Assembly: GCA_951406725.2 (NCBI GenBank) | Contig: OX597823.1 | Location: 98,890,001 to 98,954,000 of the forward strand | Reading direction: 5' to 3' | Source: Octopus vulgaris | Taxonomy: Eukaryota | DNA: 64,000 bases | Shown: positions 13,342 to 26,028 of the stretch, piece after piece | How positions within the stretch are numbered: the first letter of the stretch is position 1 | Layout of the letters: every line of letters begins with the position of its first letter | Position numbers and translations under genes: made by a program | The notes under the pieces: generated by a model | The model's database searches: none | Told to the model about the DNA's origin: nothing | Seen by the model: only the letters and a program-made list of their open reading frames with translations

Positions 13342-13559
13342 GGAAGCAAGCTTCTTACCACACAGCCACTCCTGGGTAAAAAGTTTTGATAGTGTTAATA
13401 GAATAAATTTGACCAGGGTAACAGACACTTGCCCAAGGTGCCACACAGTGGGACTGAACCCAGGACTAGATGGCTGGGAAACAAGCTTCTTACCAAACAG
13501 CCACTCCTGGGTAGAAAGTTTTGATCATTTTAATAGAATAAATTTGACCAGGGTAACAT

Positions 13560-15120
13560 ACTGTGCAAGTTGAAATATATTTAGACCTATTCAGACACAG
13601 CCTAATGTCTGTGTGCATAACAGAACCAACTCACTCTCTTTGTAAAAAGAGAGTGTTAACAGCAGGTGTGTCTGTCTTTCATTGATTTTGCACCAGAATT
13701 TTGTTCAGGGAGATGTTTAGTCATGAGATAGAACTGTCTGAATTATCATAATTCCTATCTGCTATGTATGTGGTGATCTAACTTTAAAACAATAAAAATT
13801 AATACAACACAAACATATATTTATTAAATGTAACAATCATCATCATTTAGCATCCGTTTTCCATGCTGCTACCAGGACAATATGGGAATGGTCTCCTCAT
13901 GTTAACAAGTCTACTAACAGGATAACTAACAAGTTCACATCACCTGCCATTTGATATTCTAATGATTTGGAAGGAACCCAAAAATCACACAATAGAAGGA
14001 CAGACCTGATCATACATCATTTGTTCCAAGGAAGAAAAATGTTTTGAAAGGTTCACTTGCTGACCTGAGAAATGGTCCCTCCCTTCTTTACACATCAAGC
14101 AACTTATAAAAAAGTTTGTTAAAGCAATGGATTAAGTACAAACTGGTTTCAAAAACTTGAAAAACAATTGTTCTCAGATCAATGGTGCAAAGATTTAAGA
14201 AGGCCTTTTTGTAAGCCCTCACATTAAAGAATTGTTAAGAGATGCAAAGTTAAATGAAGTTGAGAAATCTGTGAGAAATTTCAAAAAGAGTCTGAACTTT
14301 TTAGGAAGTCAAAAGTCAGAAATTATTCAGAAATAATGTGACCTGTGTCGCATAAGTCATAACAATGTGTCAGACCTTTTTTCTGGAAAAACTTAAGCAA
14401 TGAACATGTGTTGGTGGCACATAAAATGCACTATCTGCACGTGGCCGATGCCAGCACCACCTTGACTGGCTTCAGTGCCGGTGGCACGTAAAAAGCACCA
14501 ACCGATCGTGGCCATTGCCAGCCTCCCCTGGCACCTGTGCCGGTGGCATGTAAAAAGCACCATCCGAACGTGGTCAATGCCAGCGCTGCCTTCACTGGCT
14601 TCCGTGCCGGTGGCACATAAAAAGCACCAACCGATCGTGACCGTTGCCAGCCTCCCCTGACACCTGTGCCAGTGACACATAAAAAGCACCCACTACACTC
14701 ATGGAGTGGTTGGCGTTAGGAAGGGCATCCAGCTGTAGAAACACTGCCAGATCAGACTGGAGCCTGGTGCAGCCTCCTGGCTTCCCAAACCCTGGTCGAA
14801 CCGTCCAACCCATGCTAGCATGGAAAACGGACGTTAATCAATGATGATGATGATGAAATGTGTTACCATGACAACTGGAGTGCCCAGTATGTTTGCTGGC
14901 AACTGATGGACTTTAAAAGGAGATATGTCTGAAGCAAAATACCGTAGAAAATCAAATGGAGATACTTTTTAAACGACATGTATGTGTTTTTGACATTTAG
15001 TTTTGTACAGATCTTCAAAAATTAAGTTGCTTGCCACACAAAAGCCTGACCAGACAGAGACATGTTACAAACTTATTTGAATTCAGCACCTAAAACTATT
15101 AAAAGAATCATATTTTCACA
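13560..15120 (+). mobile_element. Degenerate Chapaev/CMC-type DNA transposon interrupted by RTE 3' ends
   Basis: CYVCG, EGLFVSPHIKELL..NFLG.QK, DFF.ENL..NEH remnants, matching the motif order at 32270-32683. Confidence 0.6.
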
Positions 15121-16264
15121 CAATCCCATTTTTCTCGCTCTTTTTCTTTTTTTTTGTTCCCCAATTCTATAGTCTATTTCATTCAAATACTTATAGACCA
15201 CACATAAACACATCCATGCAGTGTGCTTGCACATATACATATATACACATATGTACATATACTCAGATAAATGAAGATAAAGTCTGTTCCAAACAGGAAA
15301 GCATGCCAAATGTAAGAAAATAATATGACGAAAAGTAGAACAATAACAAAAACGCGCGATAAATCATTTTAAAATTGCTCAAGAAATAGAAATAATATAA
15401 GTTTTTATTCATTTATCAATTTCAAGAGGAAGAGTCTCAATGGCCAAACGAATGAAGAGCTTCCTTTTAGTTTTATGAGTTCATATCCTGTTTGTGTGCA
15501 ACACTGGATGTTTGACAATCTCAGTCTATTTGAGTGCAGATAAGAGATGAACACAAAGCTGTTTTAACAACAGATATTAAATTTAGAAAGTAATGAGCAG
15601 TCAGATAGATTAAATATATTTGAGATGAAGTTAGGTCAAACCAGCTTTTAGCTTTCATGCAGACAAATACATAACCAAAACCACAGGACATACAACGAAC
15701 ATAGAGAGAACAGCACAGCCAGGAACCGAACACATCCCACATGGATCACTTTCAATACAGTAAAAATAACAACAACAGAGGAGGAGGGGAGGGGGGGAAG
15801 AGGAAGAGGAGTAGGAGGGAAGGAGGAGGAGGTTCAAATTTTGACACAAGACCAGCAAGTTTGGGGAGAGGTAAGTTGATTACATCAACCCCAGAGCTCA
15901 ACTGGTACTTACTTTATCGACCCTCAAAGGATGAAAGGCAAAACCAACCTTGGTGGAATTTGAACTCAGAATTTAAAGAAATGGATGAAATGCTGCTAAG
16001 CATTTTACCTGGCATGCTAACAATTCTACTAGCTCACTGCCTTAATAATAACAATAATAATCCTTTCTGTGATAGGCACATGACCTGAAATTTGGCGGGA
16101 GCTAGTCAGTTACATCAGCCCCAGCACTTGACAGGTTCCATATTTTATCAACCCTGAAGGGATGAAAAGAAAAGTTGACCTTGGCAGAATTTGAATCCAG
16201 AATGTAAAGACAGACGAAATGCCATTAAGCATTTTGTGTGATGTGCAAATGATTCTGCTGGCTC

Positions 16265-16990
16265 TATCTATCTATCCATTCAGTCGAAGTTGACTCTCGG
16301 TTACTCGATGGATCAGTGTCCTCCAGTCAGTTCTATCCTGGGCCGCTTCTTTCAGATTGGCTATGTCCATTCCGGTATCACTCTTGATGGTGTCAAGCCA
16401 GCGGGTTCTTGGTCGGCCTCTTCCTCTCTTGCCACTGACCATTCCGAGCATGATGTCCTTCTCCAGGGATTTTCTCTGCATAATATGACCAAAATATGCC
16501 ATTCTATGCTTGGTGATCCAAGCTTCTAGCGACATTTTCGGCCTGATCTGCTTAAGAACTTCTCCATTGGTGAGCCTCACTGTCCATAGAATCCGTAAAA
16601 GTCTTCTCCAACACCAAAGCTCGAATGCATTAATTCTCTTCTGGTCAGCTTTCTTTAGTGTCCAGGTCTCGCATCCATATGTTGCTATTGGGAAGACAAT
16701 TGCATTCACCAATCTGTATTTGGTAGCGAGTCTGATGTCTCTACTCTTCCAGACCCTGCTCATGCTGACCATTGCCTCTCTGCCTAGTACTATCCGCCGT
16801 CTTATTTCTGGAGTGTAGTTGCCATCTCGATTTATTTTGGAGCCAAGGAAGATGAAATCATCAACCACTTCGATCTCTTCATTATCGATCTTGATGCTGA
16901 TGTTTGTTGTGGCTGCTGTTGACATGATCTTCGTTTTCTTAACATTGAGGTACAACCCAAATTTCTCACTCTGCCAGCTCACCACCTTAA
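16265..16990 (-). mobile_element. RTE (BovB-like) LINE 3' fragment
   Basis: GL.LN.KKTKIM...F.FLGS...YGCETWT...FELWCWRR...YFGHI...GRPRTRWLD, then an (ATAG)n tail. Confidence 0.9.
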
Positions 16991-17181
16991 TAATAATATT
17001 GGTTTCAAATTTTGTCACAAGGCCAGTAATTTTGGGGGTGGGGGTAAGTTGATTATATCAACTCCTGTACCCAACTGGTACTTATTTTATCGACCCCAAA
17101 AGGATGAAAGGCAAAGTCAACCTCAGCAGAAAATAACAATAATGCAACATTAATAATTAAATGTCTAAAATTTATTTTTAC

Positions 17182-17336
17182 CTTGAATCTGGTATTAAAA
17201 TATCACATACAAGCAACGTGTTCTTGATAACTTTTCCAAGAATATTGTAATAATGAATTCCAAGAATAGGAGAAAATGCTAAAATTGCATTACTGGCTAC
17301 ATAATTGCCTTTCATTCGCCACACTATTTCTGCTGC
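17182..17336 (-). CDS. ARH/DraG family gene, exon 5 (AAEIVWRMKGNYVASNAILAFSPILGIHYYNILGKVIKNTLLVCDILIPDSR)
   Basis: cag/gtaaa boundaries, 155 nt, phase-2 end completed by exon 6 (AG|G = Arg). Confidence 0.88.
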
Positions 17337-18334
17337 CTGTATTCAAGGAAGAAAAGAAAAGAAAACTAATAGAAATTATACAAGTCAATGGTTTCTGATT
17401 TAGGCACAAGGCCAGCAACTTTGAGGGAAGTGGGGTTAGCCAATATTATCAACACCAGTACTTGACTGGTACTTTATTTTACTGACTCCAGACGGATGAA
17501 AGGCAGAGTTGGCCCTAGTGAGATTTGAACTCAGAACATAAAGAGTTATAAGAGATACAGCCAAGTGTTTCTTTCACTGCTCTAATGATTCTGCCAGTTA
17601 ACTGCCCTATTATATGGTCGTTAATGAAAATAATATCAATTTTAAGAGAAAAGTGAAAATTGAAAAACTGAAAAGAAACTAGATTGTTATTTAGATGTTG
17701 TAATTTCAAATTTTTTTCTAAACACACAAATAGTATGATGAAGATAAGAAAAAAAGGGGGTCGGGTGTTGGAGTAATGAGATTGTTGCATAGGTTCAGAC
17801 ATCCCTTGTTATTCTACAAGCATGGAATGGTGAGGAAGAGAGATCTACCACCACCCTCAGTCATGCTGACAGCATGGCACAGTGAGAATAAAAATACTGA
17901 TTTATGTCGAATCTATTCAATAGGAAAAGTTTAATAATTTTTGAATTTGTGGATTCTATTTGAGTTTGTCAAAAGGAAGTGAAGTTCTAGAGCAGGATGT
18001 ACATACTTAACATTATGTCCTATCTTAAAACTGCATCAATTTCTGAATTGATGTCAAGATGAGGAACCTAAGTCATATACAGTAATATGCCTTATCCAAA
18101 GACAATTTAGTGCCAGTGGAAAATTTTGAAACCAAAACCTGTGGTCTGTGAACTCAGCCATATTAACTTACATTTTAACAGAAAATCATGTAATAATTTC
18201 TCTCTGAAAAGCATGGGCTGTTCTTGATGGCATTAGCAATATCTGAAAGTCATCTTTCCAAGATGATATAAAGAAAAGTTACTTCTCAGCACCAGTAGGG
18301 TCTGTACTATTGTATGGATCCCTTGGCTGGACAC

Positions 18335-19025
18335 TCATCATCATCATTGTTCAACTGTGGTCAAGACAATGGAATTTACTATGTTACGCCAGACTTCACA
18401 GTCCATCATAGCATTACGGAGGTCCTGTTGCTGGATGCCTGTATCCCTGGAGATTACATCAGGGTAGGAGAGTGTGTGCCTTCTGGTATTGCAAGCAGAT
18501 GGCTTCCAGAGGAGAAGAGTAGAAATTACCTCGTTTTCAGCTCTACAACAATGTCCAGCAAACTGGACTCTTCTACCTTTCACAAGAGGTGATACAGGTG
18601 GTAATTTCCCATATATTTGCACTTTGGTAAGATGACGCTTCCACAAGAGATTTTGAGCTCTCATAAGGAGGCAAGTGTAAGTTCCATCCAACCGCCTCTC
18701 AAGCTTCTTTGATAACATCCAGGTTTCTGAGCCATATAGTAGAATTGGTTCAACTGTGGCTTTGAAGATTTTAAGTTTGATGACCAGATCTTATGCATAT
18801 CATTACAGGCTGACCAGGCCATACCCTTTCTAGTTAGAAAATCTTTTTCGGATGATGATATGTATGACCCAAGATATTCGTAATCAGAAACCATATTTAA
18901 GAGAGTATTGTTGAGAGTATGGATGATGAAATCACTGTTGGACAGACACTTGTTTACATATTCAGTCTTGGACTCATTGAGGTAAAGACCTACACAATTT
19001 GAGGCTTGTTCACTAAACACCTGAA
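18335..19025 (-). mobile_element. RTE-clade LINE 3' fragment, frameshifted
   Basis: VGLYLNESKTEY...YLGSYI...AWSAC..M.KIW...RRVQFAGHCCR, (TGA)n tail. Confidence 0.8.
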
Positions 19026-19465
19026 GGCAAGATTAGATGGCATATAATCCCACATTACAGGCTATTGTGAAGACTTGCAGGGAAAGCATCCATGCAAACA
19101 AGGACTTCTTGCAATCACTGATGTTATTAGAGAGGCACATGTATTTTGTAGGACATTGATTCAGGAAGAACTTGATTGTGATACACATCTATGAACACCT
19201 CAACATGGATATGCATAAGTTAGCTATCCAACAAAAGCCTTCATCAACTAGCTTTGCATGGACATAGAATGTTACTCTGTTGACCACCTGACACTGAACA
19301 GAACTGTGATGGAGTGGTGGTGGTGGTGGTGGTAGAGGAGGGGGAGTTATCAAGTTGGGTAAATCCAAGCAAACTTGGCCAGATGATTAAATGAAAGGAA
19401 AGAAAGAAAAAAAAGGAAAGAATAAACGAGTTAATGAATAAAAATTGAATTACAAAATTACTTAC

Positions 19466-19609
19466 TTTTTCTGGCTGTTCTGAAAATTGTGGGTGGTTGA
19501 TCACAGACTTGAAATGAGGACAAAGGCCTTTTGCCACTTTGTCTCCTAATTCAGGGAACCCAGATTCTGACCATTCCATCATCATCTTAGCAAAATTAAC
19601 AGAAGGAAT
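19466..19609 (-). CDS. ARH/DraG family gene, exon 4 (IPSVNFAKMMMEWSESGFPELGDKVAKGLCPHFKSVINHPQFSEQPEK)
   Basis: tag/gtaag boundaries, 144 nt, FA..W...GFPELGD segment, phase 0 on both sides. Confidence 0.9.
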
Positions 19610-20744
19610 CTAAAAGAAGTAAAGAAACAAAAACAAATGTGAATGTAAATTCTACCTCATGTTTTCCACTAAATTGAAGAACATAAACATTCCAATTGCT
19701 TATTATAAAACCAAACACGATGTTTTTTTTTATCAAAGTAAAACTCATATTATGCACTTCAACTACATAGTCAAAATCACTAAAATACCATACAGAGCAC
19801 TTGTGGGATGATTACAGCTGTATGGTTTACCAAATAATAAGCTTCTACCATCATCATTTCCATGCCAGCATGAATTGGACAGTCCTGGCAAGCCAGAAGA
19901 CTGCACCAAGCTCAACTGTCTGTTTTGGCATGGTTTCTACTGCTGGATGCCCTTCCTAATGCCTACAACCTTACAGAGTTTACTGGGTGCAGTATATTTC
20001 ACCCCAACTATCTATACTTCTCCTGACGACTAATTAAATATAAACAACTCATCTAAATGTAAAATTTGTGTCATTTAATTTCTCTGAAGAATTTCTAATA
20101 GGAATTTCTTTATATGTCTATCTAACATGTAAAACTGTGATTCTTATTAGCAAATGAAACACGTGTAATGTTGAGCTTGGTGCAGTCTTCTGGCTTGCCA
20201 CAACTGTCCAATTCATACCAGTAAACTTTTTCAATTTCCTGTTTTGTTATACAAAAAATCTGCAAATAATATTTTTGTAATTGTTAACTTTGATATGTAC
20301 TTTGCACATACACAGCAACAACTTATTGGATTGCAATAATAGAATAAGCAGATGTGCTTCAAGAGACAACAGCTGGAGTTTTACCCTACCAACCTACATA
20401 GTGTGTGTGTGTGTCTCATTGTTGAGGTGGATTTTCTATTGCTATATGCCCTTCCTGTCACAGACACACAAATACATACATATATATATATATACGACGG
20501 CTCCTTTCAGCTTCCATCTACCAAATCCACTCACAAGGCTTTGGTCGGCCAAAAGCTGTAGTAGTAGACACTTGTCCAAAGTGCCATGCAGTGGGACTGA
20601 ACCTGGAACCATGTGGTTGGGAAGCAAGTTTCTAACCACACAGCCATTCCCGTGCCTATGTGTGTGTATGACATTAGTCGTTATATAGAATGGAATTCAT
20701 GCAAACAATTACTTGTTAATTAAGCACTTTACACGATAATTTAC

Positions 20745-20894
20745 CTGACCCATATTTTCCACCAAACATTTAATGAGAACAATGAGCATGTCTGTATCAT
20801 CTGTCCAGTCACCAACTTCCCATTGTTCACGATGCCGGTCCACTACCATTCGTTTGCACACCAATTCTAGTTCATCTGATACACAGCCATAATT
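20745..20894 (-). CDS. ARH/DraG family gene, exon 3 (NYGCVSDELELVCKRMVVDRHREQWEVGDWTDDTDMLIVLIKCLVENMGQ)
   Basis: cag/gtaaat boundaries, 150 nt, metal-binding G-x-WTDD motif. Confidence 0.93.
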
Positions 20895-21859
20895 CTGGGT
20901 TATAAAAAATAAAAACACAAAAAAGTACAATTTAGAACTTAAAATACAATGAAAATATCTATAATGTAAAAATCTACATTTGTTTAGCTATGTTTCATTT
21001 TTACATCTTAGCATGGTTGAGATGAAGATAATTACTAAGGCATTCTTTCACAGTCAGATGCCTTTCCTTACACTAACCCTTAGTTGTTGTTCATGTAAAC
21101 AATTCCACATATCTTTGAAAGCACAAAACTAGCAGATGAATCCTTAACAGGAGGAGAAAAAGGACAACGATGTCACCACTTGTGGGTTGCAATTTTCAGA
21201 GAAGCATGAATATAAACAAAACAGACACACATATGTACACGGTGCTGCAGCTCACCAATTCCCTGTCAAACCATCCTACCCATATGCCAACTAGGAAAAC
21301 GGACACTAAATGACGATACATATATATATATATATATCATCATCGTTTAACATCCGCTTTCCATGCTAGCATGGGTTGGACGATTTTGACTGAGGGCTGG
21401 CGAACCAGATGGCTGCACCAGGCTCCAATCTTGATCTGGCAGAGTTTCTACAGCTGGATGCCCTTCCTAATGCCAACCACTCCGAAAGTGTAGTGGGTGC
21501 TTTATAAATGCCACCAGCACGGGGGCCAGTCAGGTGGTACTGGCAATGACCTCGCTTGAATCTTTTTACACATGCCACCGGCACAGGTGCCAGTAAGGCG
21601 ACGTTGGTAACCATCATGCTCGAATGGTGCCCTTGGCACCTTACTAGCACGGGCACAAGTGCCAGTAAGGCGATGCTGGTAATGATCACACTCGAATGGT
21701 GCCTTTTATGTGCCACTGGCATGGAAGCCAGTTAGCTGCTCTGTCAACTATCACACTCGTATGGTGCTCTTTGCACCTCGCTAGCACAGATGCCAGTCAT
21801 CGAATTTGATTTTAATTTCACTTGCCATATATATATATATATATATATTGCTGCAGGTG

Positions 21860-22265
21860 TACCTGTGTGGTAAAGTCAGCTTCCCAACCACAAAATGATG
21901 TCAGGTTCAGTCCCCTTGCATGGCACCTTGAGCAAATGTTTTCTACTAAAGCCTTGGGCCAACAAAAGCTTTGTGAGTAGATTTGGCAGATGAAAACCAA
22001 AAGAAGATCGTTGTGTGTATGTGTGTGCACGTTACTGTGTCCTTGCCTTGAGTTCCTGTGATAGTTGTAAAAGAATGTCCCCATCATGCAAATGGCATCC
22101 TTTCTTTCCAATCTTCCATGAAAGCATGCTGCATCATGGGGAATATTACTTTACTTGGAAACTAGTTAGGGTTGGTGATATGAAGGGCATCCAGTTGTAG
22201 AAAATCTGCACCAACAAGTTCTGTGCAACTCATGCAAGCGTGGAAAAGTGGGCGATGATGATTAT
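21860..22265 (+). mobile_element. SINE with tRNA/CORE-like head and RTE-derived tail (another copy at 59235-59640)
   Basis: SINE head joined to gaagggcatccag.tgtagaaa...catgcaagc.tggaaaagtgg..(gat)n, as in the RTE 3' end. Confidence 0.7.
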
Positions 22266-24292
22266 GATGAGCTTCTTTCAGTTTCACGAGTTTTGGGTTG
22301 ACCTGGAGCTATTGTGATGGCATTTACTCAAGGTGCCATGCACTGGGGATAAACCTGAAACCTTGTTGTTCAAAAGCAAACATCTTAACCACACAACCAC
22401 TTGTGTTATCACACCGGCATGAGTTGACCACTTCAGGAGGACCTGAGCCAAGCTCCAATATCTGCTTTGCATGGTTTCTACAGCTGGATACCCTTCCTAA
22501 TGCCAACTACTTTACATAGTGTACAGGATGCTTTTTTGGCTTTTTCATGCTACCAGCCGGATGCCCTTCATATCACCAATCCTAACCAGTTTCCAAGTAA
22601 GATAGTATTCCCCATGGTCAGGCATGTTTTCATGGAAGATTGGAAAGAAAGGATGCTATTTGCATGATGGGACATTCTTTTACAACTATCACACAAACTC
22701 AAGGCAAGGACACAGTAACGTGCACACACATGCACACACACGTGCACACATAATGCATGCACACACACACACATGAATACACATGCACACACACACACAC
22801 TCACATGCCAAGTACTCTTGCAAGAGAAAATACCTCAACTGAGTAAGGGTATAGTATTGAAGAAGGTGAAAGTATGTTAGAGGGACAGTAACAGACATCT
22901 TGCTGTTGAGGAGATGTATGGTTTCCCTATCTAGAAAGAGGAAAAAGAGATGGTGAGGACATACCCTCAAAGTACAAGGTGAATATGCGAAAGAGAATAG
23001 GGACAGAGGAACAGAGAGAGTGCATGGGTGCTACAGTGTAAGTGTGCTGGAGTGTAAAAAGAGTGTGACAGAGGATTAGAGATGGACGCTGAGGTGAATA
23101 CTGTGAATATAAGTTTGGGGGAGCGAAAGGGAGGAAATAGGGTCAGGGAGGGGAGTCAGTGGTAAGGGACAGTGGTAGTAGTAGTAGGGATACAATATGA
23201 AATGTAGGGGAATGAATGGTATCATTTACAACCTCTGTGAAAGATGGTCAATAAAATGAGATGACCAACAGTCTTCTATTTTGGGGGGGGGGGGTTAACT
23301 CTTGAATACTTTCTCTTTTAACTTTCCATTTGAAAGTACCAATGCATTTTTAACCTCCCATGCAGTGTGCCAGTAATTTTTTTTATTTGGTCTTAAGAGT
23401 TCCATGAAACCCAGAAAGATTCAGGACCTCTAGTTCAGACATGTAATATAATGGAGTCAAAATATATTGGCTGACAGCAGCCAATGCAGAAGTTATCCTT
23501 ATTGTATAGCCTTAAGTGAGCCCTGATGAAGCAAACCCATGGCGCATGGGGTAACATCTACAGTAGATTTGGTTACTATTTCTAGAAGTTTATCAATGCA
23601 GAAGTTTTCTAAAGACACGAATAAACCAAATATCACAGAATATACATACACACTCAAAAGATACTGCCTACTCGTTGAAACATTACAGTAAGAAAAATAT
23701 ACAGGTGTAAAAACAATATTTCTAAAAAATATGATGATGATAGTGGTGATGAAATTCCTAAGAAGTGTCAATTTTTACATACTTTCTTTCATACCGTATT
23801 GTTTAGATAATACACTGAATATAAAACCTTTTGAAAGGAAAATATTAACTTTCTTTGGAATATTACCAGCATCGCCAATGTGTAAAAGATTTGAGCGAGG
23901 TCGTTGCCAGTACCGCCTGACTGGCCCCGTGCTGGTGGCACGTAAAAGCACCCACTACATTCTTGGAGTGGTTGGCATTAGGAAGGGCATCCAGCTGTAG
24001 AAACTCTGCCAGATCAAGATTGGAGCCTGGTGCAGCCATCTGGTTTGCCAGCCCTCAGTCAAAATCATCCAACCCATGCTAGCATGGAAAGCGGACGTTA
24101 AACAATGATGCCGACGCCGCCAATGCCACCGCCGCCAATGCCACCGCCGACGATTGTCAGTAAAGATAGCATGATGAAAATTATATTCCTAAAGAAGGTT
24201 TATATTTTCTATTAAATAGCCTTCAGAAAAACACAGGAACAAATATATCTCAAAAGTCTAAAACAAGAAAACATTCTAATAAGCAAATGTAC

Positions 24293-24412
24293 CTTTTTAG
24301 CATCTTCTTTGGTAAGTGATTCTGTAAGAAGACCTAATGCATCACCAACAGCATGTCCATAAATAGTTGCATAAATGCATTTGTACACTCTGTCGATCTC
24401 TTTCTTAGGAAG
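24293..24412 (-). CDS. ARH/DraG family gene, exon 2 (LPKKEIDRVYKCIYATIYGHAVGDALGLLTESLTKEDAKK)
   Basis: cag/gtac boundaries, 120 nt, contains the family G-x-x-x-GDALG-x-x-x-E motif. Confidence 0.92.
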
Positions 24413-24879
24413 CTGGAATAATTTTATGAGAAAGTTAAAATTAGAGAAAAGTTGTTTTTTTTTTCAACTTCAGTAGCATACATGAATATGCAGACTTATT
24501 TTGCTTTCATCAAATTTCTATTAATTTTCCTTTTTATATTTTTGGGAGATGTGATCAAAAACTGATGCAATTTGGTCTTGTTTGTAATTTCATTAATTAA
24601 TTAATTAATACATAAATTGTTAGTTAGTTAGTCACTTCTATAATTAGTTGCTGTGTACAAAAACTGAAAACCTAGATTCAGATTTGAAATCAAACTTTAA
24701 AATCAATCTATAAGCTCAATACATAGGTACAGTTTTAAGGGTAGAGATAATTATCTCTAGGCATGATGGTATGGCACCTTGAGCAAGTGTCTTCTACTAT
24801 AGACTCGGGCCAACCACAGCCTTGTCTGTGGATTTGGTAGACAGAATCTGAAAGAAGCCTGGTGTGTGTGTATATGTAT

Positions 24880-26020
24880 CTCGCCAGGAGGATTGATGCC
24901 AACATTACCAGATGGAGCCTGCTTCGGGCATGCATGAGCAGGGAAACGTTTCGGTAGAGCACAACTGGAGACAATTAGCAGTGGATGTAACACACCACCG
25001 GCAGGGGACATATCTCTCGTTAGTCGATTGTATGCTGGGCCAGATGGCCATTTGGAGGAAATTGAGGACAGGCACTGCAGATAAGGTGGCACATATTCTA
25101 AATGAGGTATTCTTAGAGCAGGGCCCTGTGGATGATTGCTGATGGACAACAGCACAGTATTTCATTCGGAGGCACTGAAGGAGGAAAGTGCACCACTTTT
25201 TCATAGCGGCATACATGCCAAGTGGAAATGGGATCGTGGAGAGACACCATCGAATGATCAAGGCCATGGTGGAGAGGGAATATGTCTCGCCACCGGAAGC
25301 AGTGTTCTAGTACATGTCATCCTGATCAGGACAGGCCAAAGAGTCCATGCCACATAGAGAAATATTCAAATATGAATGGCAGCATCTGAGTAAACCACAG
25401 AGATGCCCTGTAGAAGAGAGAGGGCCTGACTTTGTGGAGGTGGGAGATGAAGTCTGGGTCATGCCACCAAAGGCACACTGCACAACTCAGTGGAACAAAG
25501 GAATAGTGATGGCTGTCAATTCCAAAAACAACATCTCTGTGGATGGAAAGCTGTGTCATGTCTTGGATGTTGGTAGGATTGTCGCTTCATCAGATGATGA
25601 CTGTAGAGAAGAGGAAAACAATGGGGTTCCCAGTTTAAGAAGATCACAACAGGCAAGGTGACCACCCAGATGGGTGGTAGATTTCGACATGGAGTGAAGT
25701 GAGGAGGTGATCTTTGAGATCAGAGGGGCATGTGGGGATGAGCTGGAAGAAGAGGGCCATGACATCAATGGTCAAGGGACTGACTGAAAGAGGAAGCATG
25801 AGAAGGGAAATGCAGGGAGGACAGGACATGGTCATCCTCTTTTTTTGGCCATCCAAGGCATTGCAAACGGACATGAGGGAATTCACTCTCGGGTTAGAGA
25901 TAGCAGCTGCTTATACTGGGTGACAGGGTAGGGTAGGATCACCAGAGCGACTACTACTAGACGGGTGCAGACAAGAGAGGAAGGTAGGTGAACCTGTTTT
26001 CATTTCCCACGCAAAACACT
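24880..26020 (+). mobile_element. Gypsy LTR retrotransposon fragment (integrase, PPT, partial 3' LTR)
   Basis: YLSLVDC, LMDNSTVF, SGNGIVERHHR and VGDEVWV..P...W..G remnants; purine tract followed by TG at 25731. Confidence 0.75.
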
Positions 26021-26028
26021 TATGTAAT

